Part shown: positions 12,406 through 26,487 of the stretch, piece by piece
Numbering within the stretch: the first letter of the stretch is position 1
Layout: each line of letters opens with the position of its first letter
NCBI RefSeq assembly: GCF_006345805.1
Contig: NC_042998.1
Span: forward strand, 17,856,001-17,920,000
Length of the DNA: 64,000 nt
Reading direction: 5' to 3'
From: Octopus sinensis
Taxonomy: Eukaryota
Made by a program: the position numbers and the translations under genes
The notes under the pieces: model-generated
Told to the model about the DNA's origin: nothing
Seen by the model: only the letters and a program-made list of their open reading frames with translations
Databases searched by the model: none

Positions 12406-12647
12406 TGGCAACGGAGTGAATCATCAGGGGTGATTCATAATAATACATCAAGTATTAAAGTACTTTTTCCTTTTCGTTTGTAAACAAAGTAACAATGATC
12501 CAACAAACAGCAAAAGAAAAGTACAAATATATGAATGTGTGTTTGTATAGGTGCATCAAAACCATTTCAAAACACCACGTTTCCATATAACTTTGATGGC
12601 TTATGATTGTGTAACAAATCAATTTTATACCTCATAAGATGTGCAGC

Positions 12648-12682
<35 letters not shown>

Positions 12683-13260
12683 TATATATATATCTTTCTT
12701 TGTATGTATGTATGTATGTATGTATGTATGTATGATGTATGTATGTATGTATTCCATCGATGCACTAAATGAATTATTGGTGTTGAGATTTAGTAAGCTG
12801 GTTTACTCTGTTTGAAATAGTGGACTGAAAAAATTGATTTGTTCTTTGAAGAACACGAAGCTTTTATCTCTCCCTTATGAAAATTTCAAAGGCATGAAAG
12901 CCAATGGCTTAATGAAATTAAATACATAATAGCAACGTCTGCTTGCATTTTTATTGAGGAAGGATTTTCCGATTATCGATAACCGAACTTCAATAATTCA
13001 TGTCACACCGGTTTATAAAAAGCTGCGAACAGCTATGCTTAAATAGGACAGTTTTTAATTCACTGCGGAGTGAGCAGTTCGAATCCTATTGACAGCATAT
13101 AGTATGTTTGCAATTAAGTAATTCTCGCTGCCAGCTCACTGCGATAAAATAGAACATCGTTAATATTACAACCCAAGGCTGTGAGCAGACAGAATCGTTA
13201 GCACGCCGGGCAAAATTATTAGCTACATTTTGTCCATCTTTAGGTTCTGAGTTCTGCCGA

Positions 13261-13712
<452 letters not shown>

Positions 13713-14142
13713 ATAGATTGACTTTGCCTTTCGGTCGATAAAATAAGTACCAGTTGAGCACTGGGGTCGATGTTATTGACTTACCCCTTTCCCCACTAAA
13801 CTTCTTTGCCTTGAAATCAATATCATAAGCCTACTAGGGAGCTTCAACATTGTCGTTCATCCTGCTTAAATTATTTCCCTCAGTTTGACACCCTATCTTT
13901 CAAGGCATACCTACACACGTCTGCGCAGCCTTTCGAGTTTGTTTCCTCTTAACTTTCAGAAGAATGAATATTTAAAATGAAAATTTCTACAAATATTTTT
14001 CAGATGGTGTGGATTATGACTATATTAGAGTTTAATCTGGAAAAAAAAAGTTGGTGCGCGCACGAAGTGTGGTTGGCCCTTGTTGGGTGCCTCACAATTC
14101 CTTACATAATTGTAGAAAGGAAAATAGCGGCAACAAGAATCT

Positions 14143-14361
14143 GTTTCTTTACTACCCACAAGGGGCTAAACACAGAGGGGACAAACAATGACAGACAAAC
14201 GGATTAACTCACTTACATCGACCCCAGTGCGTAACTGGTACTTAATTTATCGACCCCGAAAGGATGAAAGGCAAAGTCGACCTCGGCGGAATTTGAACTT
14301 AGAACGTAACGGCAGACGAAATACGGCTACGCATTTCGCCCGGTGTGCTAACGTTTCTGCC
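14143..14361 (-). mobile_element. SINE family B
   Basis: 17-bp TSD AGCGGCAACAAGAATCT (14126-42, 14362-78). Confidence 0.92.
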
Positions 14362-14838
14362 AGCGGCAACAAGAATCTCCGAACAAATAAAAATAATAAT
14401 TTATTTTCGCCGAAATAAGCATCTCATCTCTGGACATCGGTAGCCTGGACGCCTTGGGGATGGAAGCAGCAGAGTCGGTTTAAATCACAATTGTGAAGGT
14501 ATTCTTCACATATTCGCCTAAGTCGTATTCGTCTTCACACGGAGCTTGTCTGGGCTGCGTCTAGCTCGGTTGGCGGCAGGCGCGAAGAGGGAGAATACTG
14601 GTCAAGCGTAGCTGCTGCTGATGACTGCGTTTGCGCATAAGGGACTTCCGACAGGCCCTCCGGAAGACTAATCCTTGCGCATGTGTGGATGAAAATCCCA
14701 AGATGGTGTCTTACTACACATGCATCACATAATTTTTTCAACATTTCAAGTTATATTTTTTTAGATACATTTGTGGTGTACGTCTGTATGCATATGTGCA
14801 CGACCACCACTTCTTTTTTTTTCACAAATTCCGATATA

Positions 14839-15073
14839 TATTTCTTTACTACCCACAAGGGGCTAAACACAGAGGGGACAAACAAGGACAGACAAAGGGA
14901 TTAAGTCGATTTCATCGACTCCAGTGCGTAACTGGTACTTAATTTATCGACCCTGAAAGGATGAAAGGCAAAGTCGATCTCGGCGGAATTTGAACTCAGA
15001 ACGTAACGGCAGACGAAATACGGCTACGCATTTCGCCAAGCGTGCTAACGTTTCTGCCAGCTCGCCGCCTTAG
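14839..15073 (-). mobile_element. SINE family B
   Basis: 13-bp TSD AAATTCCGATATA. Confidence 0.92.
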
Positions 15074-15370
15074 AAATTCCGATATAATTGTATCTACTCC
15101 ATCTGATAGGTATTTGTACAAAATTTCATTTACAAATATTAATATTTAAGAAATTTTGGAGTAAAGGAAGTCCGTGAGTGGGCAGTTATGTCCTTTTAAA
15201 ACTGAAAAGACGTGTCTGAAAATTAAAAGTCGGTATGGTCACGGATCGACTGCTTTTGACAATGTATCTGCATCAGATATTATACTGAGCAAAAAATAGT
15301 TATGCATCACCGCTGCAAGCTACGACAGAACTAGAGATTTGTTTACTGTTTCGTTAGATGCGTGTTTTCA

Positions 15371-16089
15371 TCTCTCTATATATAAAGGCGGCGTGCTGGC
15401 AGACTCGTTAGCGCGCCGGGCGAAATGCTTAGCGGTATTTCGTCTGTCGTTACGTTCTGAGTTCAAATTCCGCCGAGGTCGACATGGCCTTTCATCTTTT
15501 CGGGGTCGATAAATAAAGTACCAGTTTCGCACTGGGGTCGATATAATCGACTTAATCCCTTTGTCTGTCCTTGTTTGTCCCCTCTATGTTTAGCCCCTTG
15601 TGGGCAATAAAGAAGTATATATATAAACGGCAAAATGTCTGTGTGTGTGTGTGCGTGTGTGTGTCCTTTATACAAATCCACAATTTTTCAGTTGGAGGGC
15701 ATGCACTTTCTATGGTCATTCAAAACCGTCCAAGGGTGGTCGTGCACATCTTTACATTTCCCCAGTCACTCCGCAAAGCCATTAAAAAGAATTCAATAAA
15801 CCGGCCCCTTATGTTTCAGGTAACAAAAGTCTTTAATACAAGGGACGTAACTCACTCCAGCAGTTTAATCTAAAGATATTAAACCATAGCAAGGGAAATA
15901 ACTCTTTAAAACTCTGCATTTCCTCCCCTTTGTTATGTATCACACCATACGTGCAAGCATTTTTGATTTGAGAAATGCAGGGAATAATTAACGAGTTAGA
16001 CCAAGTGAATGATAAGAGAGAGGGATTTTCATGAAAGACAAATATGCTTGACTAGCACTAGACCCGGCAACGCCGGGTCATAGTGCTAG
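15371..16089 (+). mobile_element. Non-autonomous Helitron, third family, with nested SINE (15387-15617)
   Basis: A|TCTCTCTATATATAAA start, (GT)n, hairpin GACCCGGC-AAC-GCCGGGTC, CTAG|T end; SINE flanked by TATATATAAA duplication. Confidence 0.75.
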
Positions 16090-16274
16090 TTTAAATATAA
16101 ATGTCTAAAATTCACCGGGATCCAGTTCGAAAGGAGCTATGTGGTCTTCAACAGTTTAATGTTTCGCACACCGGGATAAAAGGCCAATCAAATGAAGTGC
16201 TGAGAGTTGAGTAAATATTAAACTTTAGCAGATCATTTCTTGGCGTACAGTAGTAAGGACGGTATTATTTTTCG

Positions 16275-16505
16275 GCGTGCTGGCAGAATCGTTAGCACGC
16301 CGGGCGAATTGCTTAGCAGTATTTTGTCTGCCGTTACGTTCTGAGTTCAAATTCCGCCGAGGTCGACTTTGCCTTTCATCCTTTCGGGGTCGATAAATTA
16401 AGTACCTGTTACGCACTGGGGACGGTGTAATCGGCTTAATCCGTTTGTCTGTCCTTGTTTGTCCCCTTTGTGTTTAGCCCCTTGTGGGTAGTAAAGAAAT
16501 AGGTA
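16275..16505 (+). mobile_element. SINE family B
   Basis: Match to family. Confidence 0.88.
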
Positions 16506-16529
16506 TTATTTTCCGTTTATTACTCTCAC

Positions 16530-16722
16530 TTCTTTCAGTCATTTGACTGTGGCCATGCTGGAGCACCGCCTTTAGTCGAGGAAATCGACTCTAGGACTTA
16601 CTCTTTGTAAGCCTAGTACTTATTCTATCAGTATTTTTTTGCCGAACCGCTAAGTTACGAGGACGTAAACACACCAGCATCGGTTGCTAAGCGATGTTGG
16701 GGGAACACACACAGACACACAA

Positions 16723-16756
<34 letters not shown>

Positions 16757-16895
16757 GCATATATACGACGGGCATCTTTCAGTTTCCCTCAACCAAATCT
16801 ACTCACAAGGCTTTGGTCGGCCCGAGGCTATAGTAGAAGACACTTACCCAAGGTGCCACGTATTGGGAGTGAACCCGGAACCATGTGGTTCGTAA
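16530..16895 (-). mobile_element. SINE family A
   Basis: Match to other copies. Confidence 0.85.
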
Positions 16896-17317
16896 GCAAG
16901 CTACTTTATTTCAGAAATTTTGCCATAAAGGCACGATACTGAGTAGCTTGCGGGCTGGACAAATACATTGATGAGGTGAATGATGATAAAGAGAAAACAA
17001 AAAAAAAAAAAACGCCCGTTGATCCTTTGCTTCTCTAAGCAAGCTACTTTATTTCATAAAATTTGTCATCATAGAAAGTACAAAGATTGTGTAGTTTTGC
17101 GGGCTGGACAAACGCATTAATGAATGAAAATGAAATAAAATGAATAAATGAGAGGCGAAACCCAACACCCACCGATTGGATTTTTCTCGAAAACATATTT
17201 TCTGTTTTTCAAAAATCATTATGAGGTTTCAAACCTCTTTCAAGAAGGAGGCACTAAAGCCTCTTACTTAACATGTTTTTTTAAACACACAATTGAGATT
17301 ATAAACCACTACAAATA

Positions 17318-17459
17318 TTAGGCTGTCCCAAAAGTTCGTAAACACTTGCGAAATTTGAATTTTTACTCGCCAAGTACTAACAAAAACAACAAAAATTATT
17401 CCTCAAAATAAAGACCATTATTTTCCAAGACTTTCTACGAACTTTTGGGACAACCTTAT
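17318..17459. mobile_element. mariner-type MITE
   Basis: TIR AGGCTGTCCCAAAAGTTCGTA / TACGAACTTTTGGGACAACCT, TA-rich flanks. Confidence 0.75.
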
Positions 17460-18122
17460 AATAAAATAAGATGAGGTTTCAAAACCCCTAACGAGGCAAG
17501 CAACTTACCATACAGCCACTCCTACGCCTATGTTATTTAATATGGCAATCTGTGGACAATTGCATCGTTGATCAAAGGTTTTTTTCACAATGGAGGGGGA
17601 CCTGTAACTCAGTGAACTTTGTTCGAAAGCATCCCTTTACGGCAATGATTTATTCTTTGCGGACACATGACGTAAATACGCACACACACACACACACACA
17701 CAACACACGCACATGCACACACAACAGCAGCATATTTCGCCCAGAAGATATTAGATAATTTAAATTTATGACAAAAGACATTGGCCTCAGATACCGCTGT
17801 AGGAGATGGAAATAGTAACCACATGACTGTATGCGAAGCCAACATCTTACCACAAAACCATATGAGGCTCTGTATCAGGCAAGGTCAACCCTTATCAAGA
17901 AATGGGCAGCATTAGGCATGGCTCAATATCAGTCGGGGCTCACTATTAAAAGAAGTGAAGGTAATTCTTTCGTTACACATTCCACTCAGAAGATCTCGCA
18001 GGTCGCATTTTACCTATGATAAGATAGAATAAAAGCAAACGTCTCAATACGTACGGTGTCGTTTATACGACACTACTCAAGTACAGAGATCCCGTTGCAT
18101 CTACGTAACGATATCAAGTGGT

Positions 18123-18410
18123 GGGGGTAATCTAATTTTACCAAAACTACTGTTAATGATGTAAGGGGCGCCACAATATCGTCTGTTTCCACAAAATATC
18201 GTCTGTTTTTAATCTGATGTTTTGACAGTGCATACTCGCTAGGCTTTGGTTAGGGTTAGGTTTGGATTAGTTTTAGGGTTAGGGTTACGCAGAAAATGGG
18301 TGGTGTACGTATTCTTCACCTCCGCCAGTTTGGGTTAGTTTTTAGTTTCGACTTACACAAGGGTCGCTTATGTGAAGTCACTGTAGTTTTGGTAAAACTA
18401 GCTTACCTCC
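18123..18410. mobile_element. MITE-like element with internal TTAGGG-like repeats
   Basis: About 28-bp TIRs GGGGGTAATCTAATTTTACCAAAACTAC / GTAGTTTTGGTAAAACTAGCTTACCTCC; internal GGTTAGGGTTAGG...TTAGGGTTAGGGTTA. Confidence 0.7.
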
Positions 18411-18447
18411 TCTTTGGATGCGTCGGGATCTCTGTATTTACGTAGTA

Positions 18448-18680
18448 CCTATTTCTTTACTTATCCGCAAGGGGATAAACACAGAAGAGACAAACAAGGA
18501 CATACAAACAGATTAATTCGATTATATCGACTCCAGTGTGTAACTGGTACTCATTTAATCGACCCCGAAAGGATGAAAGGCAAAGTCGACCTCGGCGGAA
18601 TTTGAACTCAGAATATAGCGGCAGACGAAATACTGCTAATTTCGCCCGGCGTGCTAACGTTTCTGCCAGCTCGCCGCCTT
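18448..18680 (-). mobile_element. SINE family B
   Basis: Match to family; short TSD TAGTACC. Confidence 0.85.
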
Positions 18681-18794
18681 AGTAGTACCGTTTATACATT
18701 AGCATAACATTTGATATTGCATAGCTTCTGAGACAACTGTTACTTATCTATACTGAAAAAAAAAAAAATACATCACATGATCTTTATCGGAAAG

Positions 18795-19885
18795 CGCAGG
18801 CGTGGCTGTGTAGTAAGAAGTTTGCTTTCGGGTTCAGTCCTACTGCATGGCACCTTGGGCAAAAACGTCCTCTACTTTAGCTCCAGGCTGACCAATGACT
18901 TGTGAATGGATTTGAAAGAAGGAAACAGCTTGGGAAGCCTGTCGCGTGTCTGTGTGTCTGTGTGTGAGCGCGCTCGCGCGTATCATCCTGTTCGTATTTG
19001 TCCCTCACTACTGCTTGTCATGTTTACATCCCCGTAACTTAGCGGTTCGGCAAATTACAAGTATAAGACTGATAGTAAAAGTACTAGGTTTTATTTTTTT
19101 TTTAAATACCGTGGTCGATTTGTTCGACTAAATCTGTAAAGGCGGTGCCCCAGTATGGCCGCAAACTAAGGACTGAAACAAGTAAAAAATAGAAGATTAA
19201 AGGCAAAGGAGTGGCTGTGTGGTAAGTAGCTTGCTTACCAACCACATGGTTCCGGGTTCAGTCCCACTGCGTGGCATCTTGGGCAAGTGACTTCTACTAT
19301 AGCCTAGGGCCGACCAAAGCCTTGTGAGTGGATTTGGTAGACGGAAACTGAAAGAAGCCCGTCTTATATATGTATATATATATATATATATATACTTTGA
19401 TACTTTGATACTTTGATAGGTTTCGGCCATTATTGGCCCAGGCCATGTCTAACTTAATAGCACCACCTGGTGCTATATATATATATATATATTATATATA
19501 TATATATATAATATATATATATATATTATATGTAGAAAAATACAAACTGGAACAAGAAGACGATACAAAAAACACGGACGGGACATTCGAAGCCTTCAAT
19601 CTTCAGTCAAGAACCGGATCATCCTCGCAATTTCGGCTGATTATATGTATGTATGTATGTATGTGTGTGTATATGTTTGTGTCTGTGTTTGTTCCCCAAC
19701 ATCGCTTGACAACCGATGCTGGTGTGTTTACGTCCCCGTAACTTAGCGGTTCGGCAAAAGAGACCGATGGAATAAGTACTAGGCTTACAAATAATAAGTC
19801 CCGGGGTCGATTTGCCCGATCGACTAAAGGCGGTGCTCCAGCATGGCCGCAGTCAAATGACTGAAACAAGTAAAAAGAAAGAAAG
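18795..19885 (+). mobile_element. Two tandem family A SINEs (old 18795-19195; younger 19205-19885 with nested fragments in its microsatellite)
   Basis: Heads at 18795 and 19205, tails ending near 19190 and 19880. Confidence 0.8.
19393..19472 (-). mobile_element. 80-bp extreme 3' end of the same LINE with (TATCAAAG)x3 tail
   Basis: Reverse complement matches 41808-41870; 8-bp terminal repeats. Confidence 0.55.
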
Positions 19886-19922
19886 AATTTTGGGAAAGTC
19901 AGTCTTTCGACAATTCACTTAC

Positions 19923-20685
19923 CTTCATCAACATCTTCCGACCAATCGCCATCGTAATCTGCATTGTTGTATTCCCAAGAGTTATCGTCAGAATCAAATT
20001 GATTATTTTCACCGTCTTCGCTATCGTAATAATAGGAATAATAATAATGATAATCTGTTTCGTCTGTATGTTTTTTAGCCATATCAGAATCTCCTTGAAC
20101 GGGGTCTTTAATTTCAGTATCGTTGTCATTCGTATAATTAGATTGCTGTAGTATAGTATTCTCAGTTCCACCCGAAGATAAGTTCACTATTCTGTTAACG
20201 CTTTTCATCCAAGTACTACTCAACGTCGGTTCGTCTGTTGTTGTTGTTATTGTTGATGTTGTTGTTGGTGTTCTTGGTGTTGTTGTTGTTCTAACAATGA
20301 GACGATGCAAAATATGTGTACGGTTTTTTCTTGAGGGAAATTTTCGAACAACGATTTTGTTCTGTCTTCTGTTCTTTGCATTAAGATCGTTTTTCTTTGT
20401 TGTCGATATCTCTTTTTTCGAACAATCATCAGCAGGAGAATTCTGCCACACGCACGAACGAGTCGACAGAGAATATACAGTACGATAAGGACAGGCTGGC
20501 ATTGAGATACGCTTTCCGTGAAGACATGCGTAATATTTCGAACAGTTATTTTCATCTCGAACCCAAGACGAACCAGTGGTTGGACACTGGGCAAATGTTA
20601 TTGGACAAAAGGTAATAAACACCATTATAAGTACGTACAGGTAGCACTTGAGACTAAAACAATTTACAGCTGACATGTCTAACAT
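19923..20685 (-). CDS. First coding exon of a secreted chitin-binding (CBM14/peritrophin-A) protein: signal peptide, 6-Cys chitin-binding domain, basic segment, Thr-rich mucin-like linker, Tyr/Asp-rich acidic segment
   Basis: Acceptor ttttaatttccag| just before ATG 20685; hydrophobic leader ending TFA-QC; Cys spacing C-x13-C-x5-C-x10-C-x12-C-x9-C with YYxC; frame ends at a strong donor GAAG|GTAAGT (phase 1) at 19923/19922, so the listed stop at 19915 is intronic. Confidence 0.9.
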
Positions 20686-21230
20686 ATCTGGAAATTAAAA
20701 ACCATAGAAATTTTAAATAGAAAGTTAGAAATAGTTGAGTAATGGTGATATAACGATGATAGGGAAATTGAGAAAAAAACGTCTGGTTTGATAATTTTTC
20801 TCTTTGTTGTTTGCTTTCTCTAAATTTACTTTTATCTACGAGAATCCAAAGCATGATACAGAGTAGAACAATTTTCCAAATGCCAATCTATCTCTTTGCA
20901 TTGCAACCAGTTTTCTCTAGTCAGTATATGTGCTTCAACGACATTTCTCTCTCTTTCTCTCTCTCTCTCCCTGTCTAACTCTATACATACATACTTACTA
21001 ACTATATACATACATACTTTATGTATGTATGTATGTATGTATGTATGTATGTACAATTTAAAAATAGGATAAATTCTTCATAAGAATTTATCAAGTAGTT
21101 AGCGTGAAAAACCTCATAAGAGAAAAATCCCCATCAATTTCTTCTTTTAAATTTATTTATTTTTAATATGTAGAGGGCACTATTACACATCGAAGCCTCA
21201 CGCTACGAGGGGCTCTTAAATTCAATATAT

Positions 21231-21264
<34 letters not shown>

Positions 21265-21723
21265 TGTATGTATGTATGTATGTATGTATGTATGGATGGA
21301 TGTATGTACGTATGTATGTATGGATGAGACTGAAAACTGAGAGATAGACAGTTTGTCTACTTATGCCTTTTCATATCTGTATAATCTGTATATCTGTTTT
21401 TCCATCTACCTACGTATTAATGAAACTTGCATGTAACAACATATTACTTCATGTATATTTAATGAAAGGTCAGTCCTGTTTTATCTTTTGTATCTATCTG
21501 TCTTTCTGACTTCCTTTTTCTCTCGCCATATAATTCAATAAATATTGTTTTGTATAAGTGTGTATAATATATGATATAATACAATATAATAATATACTAC
21601 AGTGTTATGCATATGATTATATACATATATCTCTTATGATAAAAGGCAGATTTTCTCTGCCTGTGACTGTTTCTTTTTAATACAATTGTACAATATAGAA
21701 TTTCTTCAATTGTATCATATAAA

Positions 21724-22140
21724 AGGCGGCGAGCTGGCAGAAACGTTAGCACGCCGGGCGAAATGCATAGCCGTATTTCGTCTGTCGTTACGTTCCAAGT
21801 TCAAATTCCGCCGAGGTCGACTTTGTCTTTCATCCTTTCGGGGTCGATGTAATCGACTTAATCCCTCTGTCTGTCCTTCTGTCCCTCTGTGTTTGGCCCC
21901 TTGTGGGTAGTAAAGAAAAATATATACATATGTATCATATACCTAAGTACGGTGGTGAATGGCAGAATCGTTAGCGCACTGTACATTTCTCCTGCACTAC
22001 GTTTCGAGTTCGCGCACTGGACATTTCTTCTGCATTACGTTTCGAGTTCAAACACCGCCGAGGCTAACTTCAGGGTCGATAAAAACACTGCAATTGATGT
22101 ATTCGACTTCACCTTAAATTTGCTGGTCGTGTGACAAAAT
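21724..22140 (+). mobile_element. SINE family B (21724-21915) plus older copy (21955-22140)
   Basis: Match to family. Confidence 0.75.
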
Positions 22141-22599
22141 TAGTAAAAGATTATATCGCTATACCCATTTGTAATTTGTAATTAATTAATCAATTATCCA
22201 TACAGTGAGATCCAGCTTAATTAGAGATCTTCATATAACGAGCATCGAATAACAAATGTATCCGGTGCTGACGAAGCACATCAATCTGATATCATGAAAG
22301 AAAGCGGTCTATCGTTAAACTAACGCGGTAAATCTCCATTTATAAATAAAATTATGTCACTTCAAGCTCACCCCACCCTCACCCCACATACACACCTTTG
22401 CTGCAATAGCTTCCTATGACTTCTCTGTTGCCCCGCCCTCCACACACACACCACACACACATTGCATATATATGAGAATATGTATATGTATATAAATATA
22501 CGAACACATTAAAGCGTGTGTGTACGTGTATACATATATACAGAAACATATGCACACGTCACATAAGCATGCGTGATATATATATATATATATATATAC

Positions 22600-22639
<40 letters not shown>

Positions 22640-22640
<1 letters not shown>

Positions 22641-22830
22641 CGAGGCGCAATGGCCCAGTGATTAGGGCAGCAGACTTGCGGTCGTAGGATCGTGGTTTCG
22701 ATTCCCAGACGGGCGTTGTGGGTGTTTATTGAGCGAAAATACCTAAAACCTCCACGAGGCTCCGGCAGGGGATGGCGATCCCTACTAGTACTCTTTCGCC
22801 ACAATTTTCTCTCACACTTTTGTCTCTTGG
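22640..22830 (+). mobile_element. SINE family C, 3'-truncated
   Basis: Match to 42665. Confidence 0.8.
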
Positions 22831-22844
22831 CCTGCTCGTTAATC

Positions 22845-23035
22845 CAAACAAGAAAGCACAAAAAAAAACACAACAACGCGAGGACGTGGAACAAATATAG
22901 TATTATTGGACGCTCAGGAAAGAAGGAGGGTTTTAACGTTTCGAGCGGAGCTCTTCGTCGGGAAGATATGAGAAGGAAAGATCCAGAGAAGGGAAGACAG
23001 AGGGAAAAAAATCACCAACGCGGTCACATTTTGAA
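22845..23035 (-). mobile_element. PLE-terminus-like repeat with CCGACGA (U4C) HHR-like core
   Basis: CCGACGA-AGAGC-UCC-GCUC-GAAACGUU; near-identical copy at 46866-47045. Confidence 0.6.
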
Positions 23036-23399
23036 TATATATATATACACACACACAAATATGTATGTGTGTGTATATAAGAGTTAAACTAATTAATTTG
23101 TAAAGACTTGTCCCTCATGTGTTGCCTTTTTGTGCTCATAGGCTTTTGTACATGCATACATACTGATACACAGACAGACAGACACGCACACACACACACA
23201 CACAGAGAAATACACACACAAACACACACACATACAAACACATACACATGCACATAAACACACATACACACGCATACACACGCACGCACATATATACGAC
23301 GATGCTATAACAGAAGATATTTGTCTTTGATGCCACGAAGTGAGACTGAACCTGAACCACGCTTTCCTTCAGCACACATACCTGTCTGCGTCCATTTAG

Positions 23400-23434
<35 letters not shown>

Positions 23435-23464
23435 GCACACATACACACACACACATTACTCACA

Positions 23465-23504
<40 letters not shown>

Positions 23505-23529
23505 TAATACTCTCTCTCTCTTTTACTCT

Positions 23530-23935
23530 TTACTCTTTTACTCTTTTACTTGTTTCAGTCATTTGACTGCGACCATGCTGGAGCACCGCCTTTAGTCGAG
23601 CAAATCGACCCCGAGACTTATTCTTTGTAAGCTCAGTACTTATTCTATCGGTCTCTTTTGCCGAACCGCTAAGTGACGGGGACGTAAACACCCCAGCATC
23701 GGTCGTCAAGCAATGCTAGAGGGACAAACACAGACACACAATCATATACATACACATACATATACATATATACGACAGGCTTCTTTCAGTTTCCGTCTAC
23801 CAAATCCACTAACAAGGCATTGGTCGGCCCGAGGCTATAGTAGAAGACACTTGCCCAAGATGCCACGCAGTGGGACTGAACCCAGAACCATGTGGTTGGT
23901 AGGTAAGCTACTTACCACACAGCCACTCCTGCGCC
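23530..23935 (-). mobile_element. SINE family A
   Basis: Match to other copies. Confidence 0.9.
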
Positions 23936-24109
23936 TACATATATATGTATATATATACATATATATATATACATATATGTATACATATATATACACATAC
24001 ACATATATACATAAATATATACACATATATACACATATATGCATATATCCATATATACATATATATATACATACACACACACATATATCTATATCTATAT
24101 ATCTATATC

Positions 24110-24140
<31 letters not shown>

Positions 24141-24143
24141 TTA

Positions 24144-24177
<34 letters not shown>

Positions 24178-24224
24178 CATACTATATTTATGTACACATA
24201 TTATATATATATATATATATATAT

Positions 24225-24267
<43 letters not shown>

Positions 24268-24282
24268 TACATATATATATGT

Positions 24283-24319
<37 letters not shown>

Positions 24320-24460
24320 TATATGTACATATGTATATTGAGGGAGTGAGAGAGAGAAAGAGAAAGAGAGATGATGATAGATAGATAGACAGACAGACAG
24401 ACAGATAGACAGACAGATAGTTAGGTAGATAGATGATGCATACATACATACACACATACG
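23935..24460. repeat. (AT)n/(GATA)n/(GACA)n array
   Basis: Direct reading. Confidence 0.92.
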
Positions 24461-25194
24461 TGCATTCATCTAATATATTTTATATAAATGTATACCAATC
24501 TTTATCCATTCTATAGCTGTGTACACACACACACACATAAACACCTATGTATGTATATATTGTATTAATAAGAAACAGATAAAACAATTATGTTACGCTG
24601 CTGGTCTTTGACCCTTTTACTCTGTTCGTGTGTGAGTGTATATGTGTGTTTGCTCACTCACCTGATATACATATATATATATATATATTCACACACACAA
24701 TACACTCACCTCTCACACACACACACACACAGAGAAGACTACTAAATATATTTCTATATCAGGCTTACATATGTGAACATACCATTTAAATTCTCTATGA
24801 TACAGACGTCGGAATGTGCCTAGGTTAACTTATAAGAGCTACATCTCCACCGGGATTAAAATACGCTTCAAGAGAAACATCACGGTTATAAACAGAACCA
24901 CGGTTGTTAATCATGTTTGGCAAAGAAACCTGTGTATTTTAACTTAACTTTGTTATATTGTAGTAAGAAAGAGCAACGTGACTACAAATGGAGACATTGG
25001 CCTTTGTAAGCGTGTCTTGTGAAAGCGGCTAATGTGATAGGTTATATGTCAGGTGGAGAGAACACCTTTGTGTCAAATGATGTTTACTCCATAATCTGTA
25101 TTTATTTCGGTCTTCTTATGTATTCTTAATCACTGCTTATATACACCCATCTATAAATATGTTTGCGCTTACAAACAAGTTGTGTGTACACTCA

Positions 25195-25640
25195 CATACA
25201 TATATATATATAAGTATATATGTAAACGTATTTGTATATATATATGTATGTGTATGTAAACATATATCTATGTATATGTTTGTGTACATTTATGTATCTA
25301 TGTATGTGTGTATATATTTGTGTATATATATCTATATATATTTATATGTATATATGTATATTTATACACACACATCTGTGTGTACGTCTGTATGTATGCA
25401 TGTGTGTATATATTTGTGTGTACAAGTATGTATACATGTATATATCTGTGCATCTGTATATACGTCTGTGTATGTACATCTGTATCTACGCATGCGTGTG
25501 TGTGTATATATATATATAAATGTTTATATGCCTGAGTATATCTGCACGTATATATATATATACATATAGAAATATATGTGTGTGTATGCACATACATGTG
25601 TGTGTGTATACACATACATGTGTGTGTGTGTGCGTGCGTG
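25195..25640. repeat. Degenerate (AT)/(GT)n array
   Basis: Direct reading. Confidence 0.9.
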
Positions 25641-25869
25641 TTTCAGTCATTCGAGTACGGCCATGCTAGAGCACCACCTCAAATGCTTTAGTTGAAGAAA
25701 TCGACATCAGTTGTTATTTTTTTTAACGCTTGGTACTTATTCTATCGCTCTCTTTGGCCGAACCACTAAGTTACGGTGTTGTAAATACCGGTTGTCTAAT
25801 AAGCACACAACACACAGAGTTATACATACACACACATATATACATGTGTGTGTATGTGTGTGCGCTTAT

Positions 25870-26105
25870 AGTGAAGGTGCATGGCTCAGTATTTATAGCG
25901 TCGGGCTTACAATCGCGAGGTTATAAGTTCGATTCCTGAACCGTGCTGTGTGTTGTGTTCTTGAGCAAGGTACTTTATTTCACGCTGCTACAGTCCACTC
26001 AGCTATCGAAATGAGTTGCCACGCCACTAATGCCGAGCTGTATGGAGAGGGGAAACTGGTATGCATGAACGATTGCTGATCTTCCAAAAAGAACCTTACC
26101 CGGAC
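25870..26105 (+). mobile_element. SINE family E, diverged
   Basis: Match to 55765. Confidence 0.75.
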
Positions 26106-26487
26106 TCAAAATTTTTTTCCACGAGAGTTCCGGACTCCATTAACAAACTCATACAGAGATCCCCTTGACCTTGTTGTCAAGTTAACAAATGTTGAAGGAC
26201 TGTTTGAAAAGTATGAAAGGAAAGGTGTCAGCTCTCAGATTATGCCGAACAAGAACAACAAGCATGATTAAAAGAGAAAAGAAACATGGTCATTCCTTAC
26301 CCAAGTGACCTTATCTTATCGCCCATCACTTGTTATGCGCCCATAAATTAGTTTGATAGTTGATCTCTGATTGGCTGTATGCAAATGAGTTCGTAACTGG
26401 GATCCGGAACTCTCGTGGGAAAAAATTTCTTGTGCAACAGAGCCCCTTTGTGACCGAAGGGTGTCTGATACGTATATGTTTATATAT

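Noticed and set aside
19570-19640. HHR-like CUGAAGA...UCGAAUGUC on the minus strand
   Set aside because: No GAAA, no workable stem II or helix I; at most a PLE-like remnant
20247-20615. Alternative-frame and antisense ORFs over the chitin-binding exon
   Set aside because: Shadows of the real CDS
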